Origin: Geosiphon pyriformis uo1
Taxonomy: Eukaryota > Fungi > Glomeromycota
Assembly: GCA_016748015.1 (NCBI GenBank)
Contig: JAAOMT010000742.1
Location: 117,684-181,683 of the forward strand
DNA length: 64,000 bases
Reading direction: 5' to 3'
The first letter of the stretch is position 1. Every line of letters starts with the position of its first letter. The notes under the pieces were generated by a model. The model was not told the DNA's origin and did not search any database. It saw only the letters and a list, made by a program, of their open reading frames with translations. Shown here one piece after another: positions 51,891 to 64,000 of this stretch. The position numbers were made by a program, and so were the translations under genes.

Positions 51891-54696
51891 AGGTGTGCCA
51901 ATTGGTTGTGAAATCATGGGATAAAGTCCATACAATTTTTGGATTCTGAACAAATTAGCTCTTTATTGTGTAAATTATTCCAAATTTATAATATAAAATC
52001 GAAATAATCCAATTAAATTTCATAAATTGATAGAAAAAAAAATAGTCAGATTAAAAAATTCTACAAGATGACCAGAATTTAACGAAACTTATTTTAAAAA
52101 AATTGCTTTGTGTGATTTAAAGTTTTTTTACTTGCATAATGCAAAGTAGAAAATGTTACCAACCGCAAATTGCCTTAAAAACCAAAGGCAAAGAGCCATG
52201 ACTCTCAAACCTAAAAAATCTCAGTTCATAGTCATTCCTTTCCAATGCTTTGTATTTTAAATGTGTAAGCAAATTATTAATTTACAGGTCGAATAAATTT
52301 CTCAACAGATAAATTTTTTTATTAAGTGAGACATAGTCAGAAAAAAATGAAGCTTTGAGCCAAAATTTTGTTTGAATACAATAAGTATTTGATCTTAACT
52401 TCATTCAGGCTCATTATTTGCTTAAATATGCTTTAAGAAGTGGAATAGGCTTTGGGGGTGCTCGGAAACTTGATTAGTGAACTTTTCAAATCACCAAGGT
52501 TAAAATAAGAGGTAATATTTTCCATAAATAATTTTTTAATTTTCTCAGTTTGAATATTTAGAGTGTCCAAAAAAACGCCACATATTTAAAAATTAGAAAA
52601 AAATACAAAGTTTTTTGTACTTATCTAAATTTTTATCCAATTACATGGAAGTCTTTTGTAATGTGCATGTATCAAACGAAAGCTACTGCTGGTTTTTAAA
52701 GATCAATTTTGGAAATTTCTCTTGTTTAAAAAAAAATTACTTTATAATTTTACTTTTCAATATAAAAATTTTTAAATGGGAAAACCACCAGTGATAAGTT
52801 TGTAATTTTATATGAAAAAAATTGGTTGAAATCCAAAATATGCATTTTAACAAAAATTGATTATAGTTTAAATAATTTTATTCAAATTTATGTATTCAAA
52901 TACTTAATACATAAATTTATTCAATTATCTTAATAAAACATTGAAATTTTTTTTAATACTTATGATCCAATTGTTGTTAAACGTAAATTAAACCTAAATT
53001 TATTATATTGTGAATTATTGTGTTTTAAAAATGGTTTAGTATATGAGGTGCAATATTAAAAAAAAATTTATTCTTGGAATTATTTATTAGTCTTATTTTA
53101 GTATTTAAAAGTTCTTCCACTGATTTGAAGCAACAAAAAAATTAATAATACTCTTATTATTTTTGACTTTTTAAGTTGAACAAAATAATTTTTCTGTTAA
53201 TCACAATTTCAAAAAAAAAAATTATTCTGTTAATCAAATTTAAAAAAAGTAAAAATTTCAAACTTATTAATGTATTATTAAGTTCTCTTAATTTAAAAAT
53301 TTAAAAGTATCAATTTACGACATTCTAATATAATTTTATATTAGATGATAATTTACCAACAATTATATTTATATGCAATTATTTTAAAACAAAAACTTTT
53401 AGTTTTATCAAAATCAATTACTATTATTAATCTTGTCTATTTTTGATCTTGTTTTTTAATTCTAATTCTTTTAATTTACTTTGTGATAAAATATTTCAAT
53501 TTTTATTTGGATACATTAATGTTATCTTTTTATTAATAGTTTTCAAATAAAAAAAAATATTATTTCATCAACCTTGGGAACTTGACACATTTTAACAATT
53601 AATCTAGAACTTGTAATATTAAATTTTTTCCCTTGAATTTATTATGTTTAATATTTCATCCATTTTTTCGAAACTTTAATAACTATTAATTGGAACTAAA
53701 TTGTAGCTTTAAGCTTCAAAATTTGGTTAGAATTCTAGTTCATTTTGGCTTAAGGTTTTATAGAAGAATTAGCCAAGAATATTTTTAATAGATAAAAAAT
53801 TTATTGACTTTTCTTTGTAATATATATTTTGAGAATTTCATCTCTATTAAAAGCTAAAAATAGGATTTTTGAAAAGGCATAGGCAAGCTAACCGTTTTGT
53901 TGCACGTTTTTTAATTCCTGGCTATCTAAAGAAAATTAGTAAGCAATAAGATCACCTTACCGATTTTCTATTTATTTTATTTTTTAATTTTAAAACTCCT
54001 AATTCTCCTTTCTTGTGGGACCCTTTTTAAATAGAAAGACAAAGGGTTGTGACCGATGAAGAAATTTTTGATTCTATCAAAAGCTATTTTTATTTCATAA
54101 ATAAAATCCAAATAAATTTGGTCATAATCATAATTAATTAGAAGTTTAATAAGATAATATTATTCATTTGGTGGTTGGGGTGTCAAATGTAGCAATCTCG
54201 CTTATCCAGAAAATTTCATAATAGTCGTACTAATTTTAAGATATCGCTAATAGAATTTCCGCTATAATTGTTTTGCATGAATCATTGATATAAGTCACAT
54301 TTTGGAAGATAATTCAGAATTATCCGAAATAATTTATTATTTGTTAATATATGTATCTATTTTAATGCGATCAATTTGAAACGAGTAGCTATTTGAAACT
54401 TTACAATTTCAGAAGTTTTATCATGAATAAACTTTTGGATGTTTTCTTTGTCAGGCACGACAATAAAATTGCCAAGTGATATCATAATAAAAGCAATTAA
54501 GATCGTTATAGAATATTATTTTGTTCTTTTTAGTAATAATAGAGATTTGATTTCAAACAGTTAATTAAATTCAAGTTTTATGAGGTTGAAGAGGCTAATG
54601 AATAATACATAAATACCTCATTAAATTACATCAAACAATGTCATTTGAAGCAAAATTTCAATTTTAACTGTCCTGATTTTTTGTCATTCACTTAAT

Positions 54697-55302
54697 ATGC
54701 AATTAATAAATATTAAGACTACCAAAACTTCGTCTTCCGAATTCCATCCAAAGTCCCGATCACATCTACAAAATATGACCTTTCAGCCAACAGTGCACCC
54801 TTTGGAACCACTTCTGCAATCTCTATTTCGCCTTCAACAAGTTCTTGTTGAACAACAATTACCCGAAATTTTGGAAGCATATATTCGCTCATTTTTAAGC
54901 CAGTGTGATTTTGCTGGAGTGGCAGGATGGAAACCAAATCAATTTGATACACATTTAGATAATTTGACTCGCTATATCCAATTCCAGCGATTCATTGTAA
55001 TCAAGCTATATGAGGTGAGATTTAGCCAAGTTGATAAAAAAATTCATTTTAATGATAGTAGGAAAGAAAAACGAAAAATATCGATAAAAAAATCCAAAGA
55101 GATTAGTGCTAAAGCTTTAATTTCAAATAATGAAGAGATAAGTTCACAAAAAATGTGGTCAATAATTGATTCCAAGCCTAATTTCAGGCCAGTTAGCATG
55201 GTTTTTGCCGAAAATAATTCAGCGACAAGTCCAGAAAATTCAGAAACTCTTGGAGAATTGTTAAATGATTGGAGGGTTTGGTCAAAACATTTAGGTGTTT
55301 AA
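54697..55302 (+). CDS. Hypothetical protein (201 aa)
   Basis: Long ATG-initiated ORF with coding-like composition in an AT-rich background; no motif recognised. Confidence 0.6.
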   Translation: MQLINIKTTKTSSSEFHPKSRSHLQNMTFQPTVHPLEPLLQSLFRLQQVLVEQQLPEILEAYIRSFLSQCDFAGVAGWKPNQFDTHLDNLTRYIQFQRFIVIKLYEVRFSQVDKKIHFNDSRKEKRKISIKKSKEISAKALISNNEEISSQKMWSIIDSKPNFRPVSMVFAENNSATSPENSETLGELLNDWRVWSKHLGV

Positions 55303-57244
55303 TTGTCTTCAAAAATTTATTGAACATTTGAAAAACAAAGGTTCATATAAAAAACTTCTGTCTTGTTATCCCCTAAAAAGAAAAGAATCTTAAAATCGGC
55401 TCTATGTAAATTTTAACTGAATATTGAATAACCACTTTATTGTTACATAGAAAATTAATAATAGTCAATGAGATATAATACTGTATTTATATATTAAAAA
55501 TTGGGATCTGCTTAAACCAAATTCTTTCCTATAAAAAAAAGTTGTTTGTTATACTCAAAATGTCTACTTCAGTTTCAAAAAAAATTATTTTTGCTTTTAA
55601 AACTAAAGACAGATTCTTCATCTTCCATAAAGGATATTAGTTAAGGCACTCACTTTATATCGAAAAAAACTGAAATTACCACAAATTATATTTGGTACTA
55701 TTATTATTAAGGCTAAATAAGCAAAGTTTTCTAGACAATTCTCATCTACTTGGTGATATCCTAAAAGCTTGGTACATGTCATCACTATTAAAGCTAAAAA
55801 AAAAAGCCTCTTTGAAGAAGCCTGAATGATTTGGAATCATATTATTTATTGTCTAATTCTCGGAATTCATAAAGAATTATAATAAAAATAAAAAAATATT
55901 AACATAAATATATAATAATATATATAATAATTTTATTATAATTTTTTTTAATTCATTAAATATTTTCAAGTTTATAAATTATTAATATACATATATATTT
56001 TTAATTAAAAAAAAATTGATATTAAATTTTAACTTCATAATAATAGTAATTATATAGTTATTAACTCTTTAATGCTTATAATGTGCGGGAAATACGGTAT
56101 AACTATATATTATATTAACTAGATAAAGAAATTATGTTAGTTCTTATAAAACAATCTTTTTTTAAGAATTAAAATTACTTGTTTATATATATAGTTAAAA
56201 TCATACTAAAGTTATGATTTTTTGAATTTATACAATTTTGCTTTTTTGAATTTTCATAATTAATTTAAGTTGCGAAATTGTAAAATTTATAAAACTACGA
56301 TAATAAGTATAAAAATTATTTACATAAATTGTAATTATATATTTTTAAATTATAAATTATAAATTTATTTATATTTTTATTCTTTTAAATTATTTAATTG
56401 AATAAATATGGTTGTATGTAAAAAAAATGATAGACGTAATTTCTTATTTATTTTTAGCTATTTACTTATAATAAATATTTTATAAAAATACATTATATAT
56501 AGTATACTTTTAAGAATAAAATTTAAATTATATTAAATTAAATTATTTGATATAAAAATATATAACAAATTATGATTAATTAACTTATTTACATTTAATA
56601 TTTTGACTACTTTTATTAATAAAACTTATAAATAATCAAAAATATATTTAAAAAAAAACTCCAAAAAAAAAAGGTAATCTTAATTAAAATAGTAAAATTA
56701 TGCTAATTAATCCTATTCTATAGTTCAAGCTTCTAAATAAAATTATTATTTGGACATAAAAAAATAAGAGAAAAATCAAAAATAGAAAAAAAAATATTTT
56801 TACATTAATATTAAACAAAACTGATAATAAAATTTCAGGAGTTTTAGTCTCATTCAGATGAAAACAACAATGACAATGAAAACATAATTAACCTTCTTGA
56901 GCCTTATTTTTAGTTTGTGTTTATAATTTTAAAGTTAGATTTATTCTAAACTATAGAACATTTGCCTTTGTTAGAATATTTTAATTTATAGCTTTTTTAG
57001 TGAAAATTTAGTTCAACAAATAATATGAAATTCATATAGAAAAATTTATTTATTTTATATATGGTGCAAACTTTTATAATCATTAAAAATGTAGATTAGT
57101 CCGAAATTTTAAATGATGATTTTCACGTGTTTTTATTTATATAATTATATTTTATTGGTTAATATACATGTGTTTTTAATATATTATTTATAATAAAAAA
57201 TGAAATTTTATTAAATTTTATATAATATAAAACCAAATACAATA

Positions 57245-58900
57245 TTACAAAGTTTGAATATTATTTAATTTGTCTAATTCTTTAAGAATATTATCTGGAA
57301 TTTTTCTATGAGATTTTTTTATAACATATTTTACTAATTTTCTACTAAGATTTTTTCTATAAAGATTCATATAACACCAACATTTTTTTAAAAATTGTCT
57401 AAAAGTTATTAAAGATACTGATTCAAGACTTTCAGGCACTGTTCTTTGTAATTCTTTCCATGAATAATTGCATTTGTTATATGCAATTCTTTTAGCAGCT
57501 CTCCAATTTCTTTCAATAAAATTTAATTTGCAATAAAATTTTGGAAAAAAATGCACTTATGTCCTATACTTTTGATTAATTCTTCAATAGTATTTTTTTG
57601 AGCAAGAAAATTAGATTCTAAAGATATTACTTAACATGCACAACAAAAAACTTTTAAAGAATCTTTGATTTTTTCTTTGTATTTTTAGCATTCTAATATT
57701 AATCTTTTTAATGGCTATTTTTTTCATTTTATTAATACTTGTTTAATTCTTTTAGGCAATCTTTAAATTTTTTCATCTGAATATGTTTCTGGAAAGATTA
57801 TCAATTGTAATTAATTATTTAATCTAAAAGAAGTATTTTGCATTAATGATTGTTTTCTACCTAGACTTAAATTTATTTTGCTTGCAATTAAAGCATCTTT
57901 ATTAAATACTGTATAATTAGAGTTATTATTAAAAGCAAATATGACTGTATAATCTAGATATAATTTCTCAAAAATTGGAATTGCTTTACATCTAATTTGT
58001 TTAAAAAGATGGGCTGCTGTCCAATAACCATTTTAATTTACACCAAATTACAAATAGCATTGTGCCTTTTTTTGGTATATTAAAATAGTTTTTTATATTA
58101 TTTAGTTGTAAATGTAAATGTCTATTAATTTTAGTTAGAAATTCATTAATTGTAATTGATCTTTTATTTTCATTTTTTCTTAGTAGCAAATTTCTATGCT
58201 CAGCTTATATATCACACTTGCCATTATTTAAATAAAAAATGCTATTTATTATGGATTACAAAAACTCTTTTTTTCTCTTTATTAAGTAAGTTAGGACGTA
58301 TTTGATTTATAAATTTATTTTTAAACTTTGACATATACTTTTTATGCTCATATATTTTTTCTAAAATTTTTTTTCGAAATTACAAGATGTTATTTTTTTC
58401 ATGTTTATTATAATATAAGTCTTAATGATATTGTTAGAACAAATAATCAAGAATTTTGAGCTATCTTACTGCAGTTATAAGACTAATAGTTTTTTTTCAT
58501 TATTTCAATATTAAGAAACAATTCATGTTGAATAAATTTTTTAAATGTGACTGAAGTGGTATTAAAGTTTTGGTTTTTAATCCAAATATAATATTTTTTC
58601 ACAATGTTTTTATTATTAATTATTCTAATTGTTTTTTGGTGTTTTTTACATTTTAATATTGAAAGCTTATTATTAAGCAATTAATACTTTGCTAAATAGC
58701 AAATTTTTTGTGCTTTTCATATATTATTATTAATAAAAATTTTCTGGCCAATTTTCAAATTGGCATTAATTCTTTTATGTTTATTATTATTATTTAATAA
58801 GGTAAGATATTCAAAAATAGCTTTTTTTTTATTATATTTGAAGACAGTTAATTAAGCATGTTGTTTTTCTAAATGTTTTTTTGACTTTTGCCTTTTTTTT
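57245..58900 (-). mobile_element. Degraded DDE (IS630/Tc1-superfamily-like, fungal type) transposase relic
   Basis: FFPKFYCKLNFIERNWRAAK resembles the [20 protein letters not shown] motif. Upstream fragments on the same strand have many stops and frameshifts. The 5' boundary is approximate. Confidence 0.8.
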
Positions 58901-59924
58901 ATTTAACTAGCATATAGATCAATCTTACTTTCTGAATTGCTTGAAGATTTATTAGATTTGAACTATTGTAAGCCTGTAGTTTAAATATTATTAATATTAA
59001 AAAAAGTGGTAATTTTTTTTTGTTTTGGCTGCTATTTTGGTAAATAAACTATTTGGTTTATATTTATCATAATAAATTAACTTTGGTATTTTTTTGTTAT
59101 ATAAAAGTTTTGCTTTTTTTTCTAGATAATTGTTGTTTTTTATATTAAATTGAGTTTTTTTAATTTTGTATTTATTCTAATTACAGCTTTTATATTTTTT
59201 GTATTATTCTATCTACTGTTATTATTATTACTTTATTCTCTATTATTAATATTTAATCTGTTAAATTTGTTTACTTCAATATCATAATTATTTATTGAAG
59301 TGGTATAATATGTTATTTTATATAATTTTTTTGCATTTTTAACTTGATTTTTAGCTTTTTTTTTTCTTTAAAATAAAATGGCATTTTTTTATATAATATA
59401 ATATTAATTTAATGTCTAATTAGTGCTTGGACAGAATTAAAAAATTTGAATCATGTAATATTGTATAACAAAATTGTATCACAATGGAAATAGTGTTTTT
59501 AACTTAGATATATATCTATTTTTTAAATCTTTTTGGTTCCAATTTAAATTTTAATTTCTGTTTTGTAATTCTGAATAAAAAGCAATCAAAGAAAGCTTTT
59601 TTAGCATTAATCAAAGAAAATTTTTTATTGGAATTGGAAAGATTATCTGAACCGAAAATTCAGATGACATTAATAAATATAGTTATTACAAAAACCTCTT
59701 TGACTTATAACAAAGAATTTGGGCAAAAAAATCTAATATTAACAATTAAACAACTAATTTAAAACAAACCCAATTTTTAAATTGAAGCCAATTCTTCAGA
59801 GTTAATAAAAAATTTATTGCAAATAATTGTTAATTAAAAAGATAATAAATAAGAATATTTAAAATAAATTTCAATTTTAGTATTACAGTCTAATTGTGAT
59901 CTCTTATTTTTATATTTAGTAATT

Positions 59925-60210
59925 GATAATATGCCAAATTATTTATGAATTTATTATTCAAAGAAGAATATCCAAAATATTATGATGTAATCAAAGAGCC
60001 AAAATCTTTAAACATAATCAAAATTGGTATTATGCACTACTTTTCTATCAGTCACTTAATACTTGACATATGTTTTCTATATTACATTAATAAAAAATTC
60101 GAAAAAAATATTATTTATTTATGAATTTAATTAGGATTTACAATTGATTTTAAAAATGCTATGTATTTTAATAATAATACATGCAATTTTAAAGATACTA
60201 AATCTTATAA
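59925..60210 (+). pseudogene. Degraded bromodomain-coding fragment
   Basis: YAKLFMNLLFKEEYPKYYDVIKEPKSLNIIK, then an intron-like gap, then EFN*DLQLI.KNAMYFN. These resemble the bromodomain ZA loop (YPDYY.VIK.P) and helix B (D..LIF.NA..YN). Confidence 0.6.
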
Positions 60211-61234
60211 GTAAAAAGTTTATTAGATTTTTACAAAAAAATTTGGGTTTTATTTATTTGAATTAATACATTTCATATATTTTTTGCATTAAAACAAACT
60301 CATTAAAAAATATACAACATTAACAAAAAAGAGCTATTCAAGATTATAGGCTTTAAGACAACTTTAGTTTTTTTAATTGAGATAAAGCCAAAGATTATTC
60401 AATTCCAACCTAATTTTCTTAAATTAACACTAACTGATATAAGTTTTTTGATTATTGTTATAAGTTATTATATATTATATTCTAATAAGTTGTTAAAATA
60501 TTCAACAATTAAAATTTTTTTTACAGCTTAAAAAATCAATTCTAAAATTAGATTATGATTTAATCAAATATATGATAAGTATTTTAGTCATTATATTTTT
60601 TTTTGGTATAATTTATCATTTAAATATTAAATTTAACTGAAAACTTTTATTACAAAAAATTTCATATATCTTTTAAATCCAAGTAATTTTTTGAAATACA
60701 ATATTATAGTCATTAAAAAGTTATTTGTGAATTCAAAATAAGTATTTATATTATAATAAAAATAATTCTGGTCAAAATTTTCAAAGTTGTTTACTGTTTT
60801 TTATCTTTTATAGATTGCAAAAATAATTTACAGATTTTTTTCAGATCTGATTAAATTAGTTTTTAATCATAAATATTACTCTTATATTTTATATTTTTAA
60901 GCTTTTAATTATTTTTTTTACCAGATAAAACACAATCTATTCCTAAAATTTTACAAAAAAAAGTGTTTAAAACATCAGTTATTAAAAAATATATAATGCA
61001 AGATATTGTAAGAAAATATTATATTATGTTTAAGATATAATATTTGTTTTAAAATTATTATGTAATTATTGTAAGTTTAATTTCATAGAATCTATTTATA
61101 AAATATTTTAAAGGATTTAATAACAATGATGTCTATATATGTAAATCTTCATATATGGTGGCATTAAAATTTTTTACTACTATTAATAATCAAAAAAATA
61201 CTTTCCTTTGTGTCTAAAGTTATATTAATACATA

Positions 61235-62587
61235 TAAGGAGGTATAAAAAGTATTAGACACTTAATATAATATATAAAAAAGGCTATATATAATAATACC
61301 ATTACCAATTTAAGCCATAATTTTTTTTATAATTACTTATAGTTATAATCTACAAATCAACATAAATTACGTCCTTGTAAAACACAACAGTGGATCATAC
61401 GCGTATTTATAAAATATCAAACATTCTTGTCATGAAAAAATTTACTACATCAAATGTGTTTTAGAAAAGAACTTTCTGAATACCAAAAAGAAGGGATTAT
61501 TTCAGCAAAAAAGTTAGGACATACAAATAGTAAAATTTTAATGACTATTAAATGTTATTGTTTTTCTGTAATATGTGTATAGAAGTCATATGAGCTAAAA
61601 AAACTTCTTAAAAAACAAATGGGCTGACCACAAATTCTTGACAAACACACACATAAACAATTCGAATATTCAATAATGGAGAATAAAAAAACCCACTGCC
61701 AAACTTTTTCTCAAATATGATTGAATTTTATTAAAGATACTAACAAATCTATTTCTATACAAACTATTCAAAATGGATTAGCTCAAGAAGGACTTCACTT
61801 GTGCATTCATTGTTTCAAGTCATTAATTTCCAAATCAAATAAAAAAAAATGTTTATAATGGGCTTATACTTATGAAAATTAGACAGTAGAAGATTTTAAA
61901 TGAGTTGTTTGGTCAGATGAATTTACATATACACAATTTAGGACTACAAAATTTGGATGTGTATGGTGTAAATCTTCCAAAGAGTTTTATAAGGATTGTA
62001 TTGCAGCCACAGTTAGAAAAAGCTTTAGTTGTATGTTTTGGGGATGTTTTTCATAAGTTGGTTTGAGTCCTTTAGTTCCTTTGGTTGGTCATATTACTGG
62101 AGTTATACACTGCAAAACCTTGGCTAATTATGCAATTTCTATGGTAAAACTTCATGCAAAAAAAACTAAAAAAGTTTTTTTTTCAGGAAGACAATACACC
62201 AATTCAGACATCAAAAGTCGCGCATTCTTTTCTTATCTCTTCAAATGTTGAATTACTTTCTTGGCCAACACAAAATCCTGATATTACTCCAATAAAAAAT
62301 TTTTGGTCATATATTGAAGTTAAAATTCATCAACATAATTTACAATCCTCAAATATTGTACAATTGGAACAGTGGGTTAAGGAAAAATGGGATGCAATAC
62401 CTGTAAATTACTATTGTAATTTGATCAAGTCTATGTTACATCAAGTTCAAGCTATTCTTGAAGCAAATAGGGATCAAACAAAATACTAACATGTATTTTA
62501 ATATAATAAAAAAAAATTAACAATTTATAAGTTAGTTCTTTTATATAACATATTATAAAAATGTTTAATACTTTTTATACTCCCCTG
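61235..62587 (+). mobile_element. Full-length but dead Tc1-type (DD34E) DNA transposon, 1353 bp, with 27-bp TIRs and TA target-site duplication
   Basis: TIRs at 61235-61261 and 62561-62587 (21/27 identical), flanked by TA at 61233-34 and 62588-89. Transposase ~61454-62489 has WSDE, QEDN-x34-(E>K) and WPTQNPDITPIKN, with several stops. Confidence 0.92.
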
Positions 62588-62599
62588 TATAATATACTA

Positions 62600-64000
62600 T
62601 TTAATATCATAAATTATAAAAAGTTTTTTAGCAAAATCTGTTTTAGTTTTTTTTATACAACATATTTTTAATCAGAAACTAATTAACAATATATTAAAAA
62701 CTCAAAATAAACAAAATTTTTCTCTATTTATATTTCTATCATTATATATAGAATAGAATATTTGGAAAAATAAATTTAAAAGTCAGAGTTTCAAATAATA
62801 CAAATATCAGCCAACTATATATTTTGTCTAATTTAATAGTTAAGTTATATGATCAATTGTTTTTGACTACAATATTATCTTATTTAGTTCCCTCAATCTA
62901 TTTTAAAAACTTTGTTCCAAGATTTTCAGAAAAAATTTCATATCTGCTTGAACTAATACATCTATATAATGAAAACAAACACATAGAAGAAACCAACTCT
63001 GATAAAATGCAAATTATTAATCAAACATTAAATAACAAGACAAATATTGAACTTATTGTACAGAAAAACCTAAGAATTACATAAAAATTAATAATTATAG
63101 TGTTTACAAAAGCATTTGGCAAACTTTTTCAACTATGGATAAAAAAAAATTAGAAATATCTATTAAATCATCAAATAGTATTGTTCACTCTAAGATACAT
63201 GTTTTAAATATTATAATATATAATGCTATAAAAAAAATAAGTTATCTATAATTTACTGTAGAGTTCATTTAAAAAAAAATTAATTGCATTAATTTTTTTT
63301 ATAAATTTTGAGCTGTATTCTTGTTTTAAGGTATAAAAGTTAAGGTGAGTAATTGATCTTTTACAATATTTCTTAATATTAAACATTTTTCTATAATATT
63401 ACTTTTAAATTAACAATTAATTATATCACAATCATTCTAATTTTTGTTTCAAATCTGCTGCTTCTAGCACCAAAACTGGTTGTTTTTAATGTTTATCAAA
63501 AGAAATACAAGATTATAAATAAAGTGCAAATAATATTCTCAAATTCTTTAATAATTACTTATATAGTACAAATTATTAAACAATTTATATAATTTTAAAT
63601 TATATCTAGTTTTTCAATTTTAATAATATTAAAAAACTAAACTGTAAATATGATAGATTAAATTTTTTTCTTTTATATTTACAGTTTAATTTTTTGAATT
63701 ATATTATATTTTATAAAGTTATTAAAGTTTAAAATTAGCCATTTTTATTATTAATTTTTAATTTTCAAATGCTAATTAATTAAATTTTAGCTAATCAGCA
63801 ATCATCAAAGTTATATTATCATGTAATAAATCATCAAAATATTATTATTTTCAAAAAAACTTTTAATTAATATTAATTTAATCTTTAGATACTTTTTTAT
63901 AAAAATATAATATCTCTTAGCTTATGTGTTTTTTACTAGTAACACAGCATCATTAACTATAAATATTTTATTCATACTACTATTATATTTAGTTGTTATT
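62600..64000. repeat. AT-rich decayed repeat DNA with ghost ORF (62824-~63200)
   Basis: Reading frame interrupted by TAA/TAG and rich in Lys/Asn/Ile, as expected after G>A and C>T erosion. Confidence 0.4.

Noticed and set aside
56061-56100. TTAACTCTTT, a possible piggyBac-type terminus at the AT-rich boundary
   Set aside because: No convincing matching inverted terminus was found in the window.
1-64000. Prokaryotic features (CRISPR arrays, operons), rRNA and tRNA genes
   Set aside because: Genes are spliceosomal-intron-rich, and no repeat-spacer array, rRNA or cloverleaf signature was seen.

Overview
This is an AT-rich eukaryotic (fungal) window with short GT-AG introns. The gene families and intron style point to Glomeromycota/Mucoromycota; the class-3 lipase expansion is reminiscent of Geosiphon, from recall only. 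A gene-rich core (~4.6-55.3 kb) lies between extremely AT-rich, transition-eroded transposon debris (1-3.4 kb and ~55.9-64 kb). The core holds an F-box/LRR gene, eight paralogous Lipase_3-fold genes, a 7TM GPCR-like gene, a 14-exon cytochrome P450-fold gene, two kelch-propeller type-I membrane proteins, an intact AA5 copper-radical oxidase, a GRF-zinc-finger gene and an orphan ORF. The main result comes from manual splicing. Seven of the eight lipases have Gly in place of the nucleophile Ser, have lost the VHxGF motif (six also lost the oxyanion Ser/Thr), and have gained a clade-specific CxC motif. The P450 embedded among them has an open frame, but its axial Cys is Ser, its I-helix Thr is Leu and its B'/C region is deleted. 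The locus looks like a cluster of conserved lipid-handling pseudoenzymes around one active lipase and a GPCR. Exon models were built by eye and need RNA-seq confirmation.
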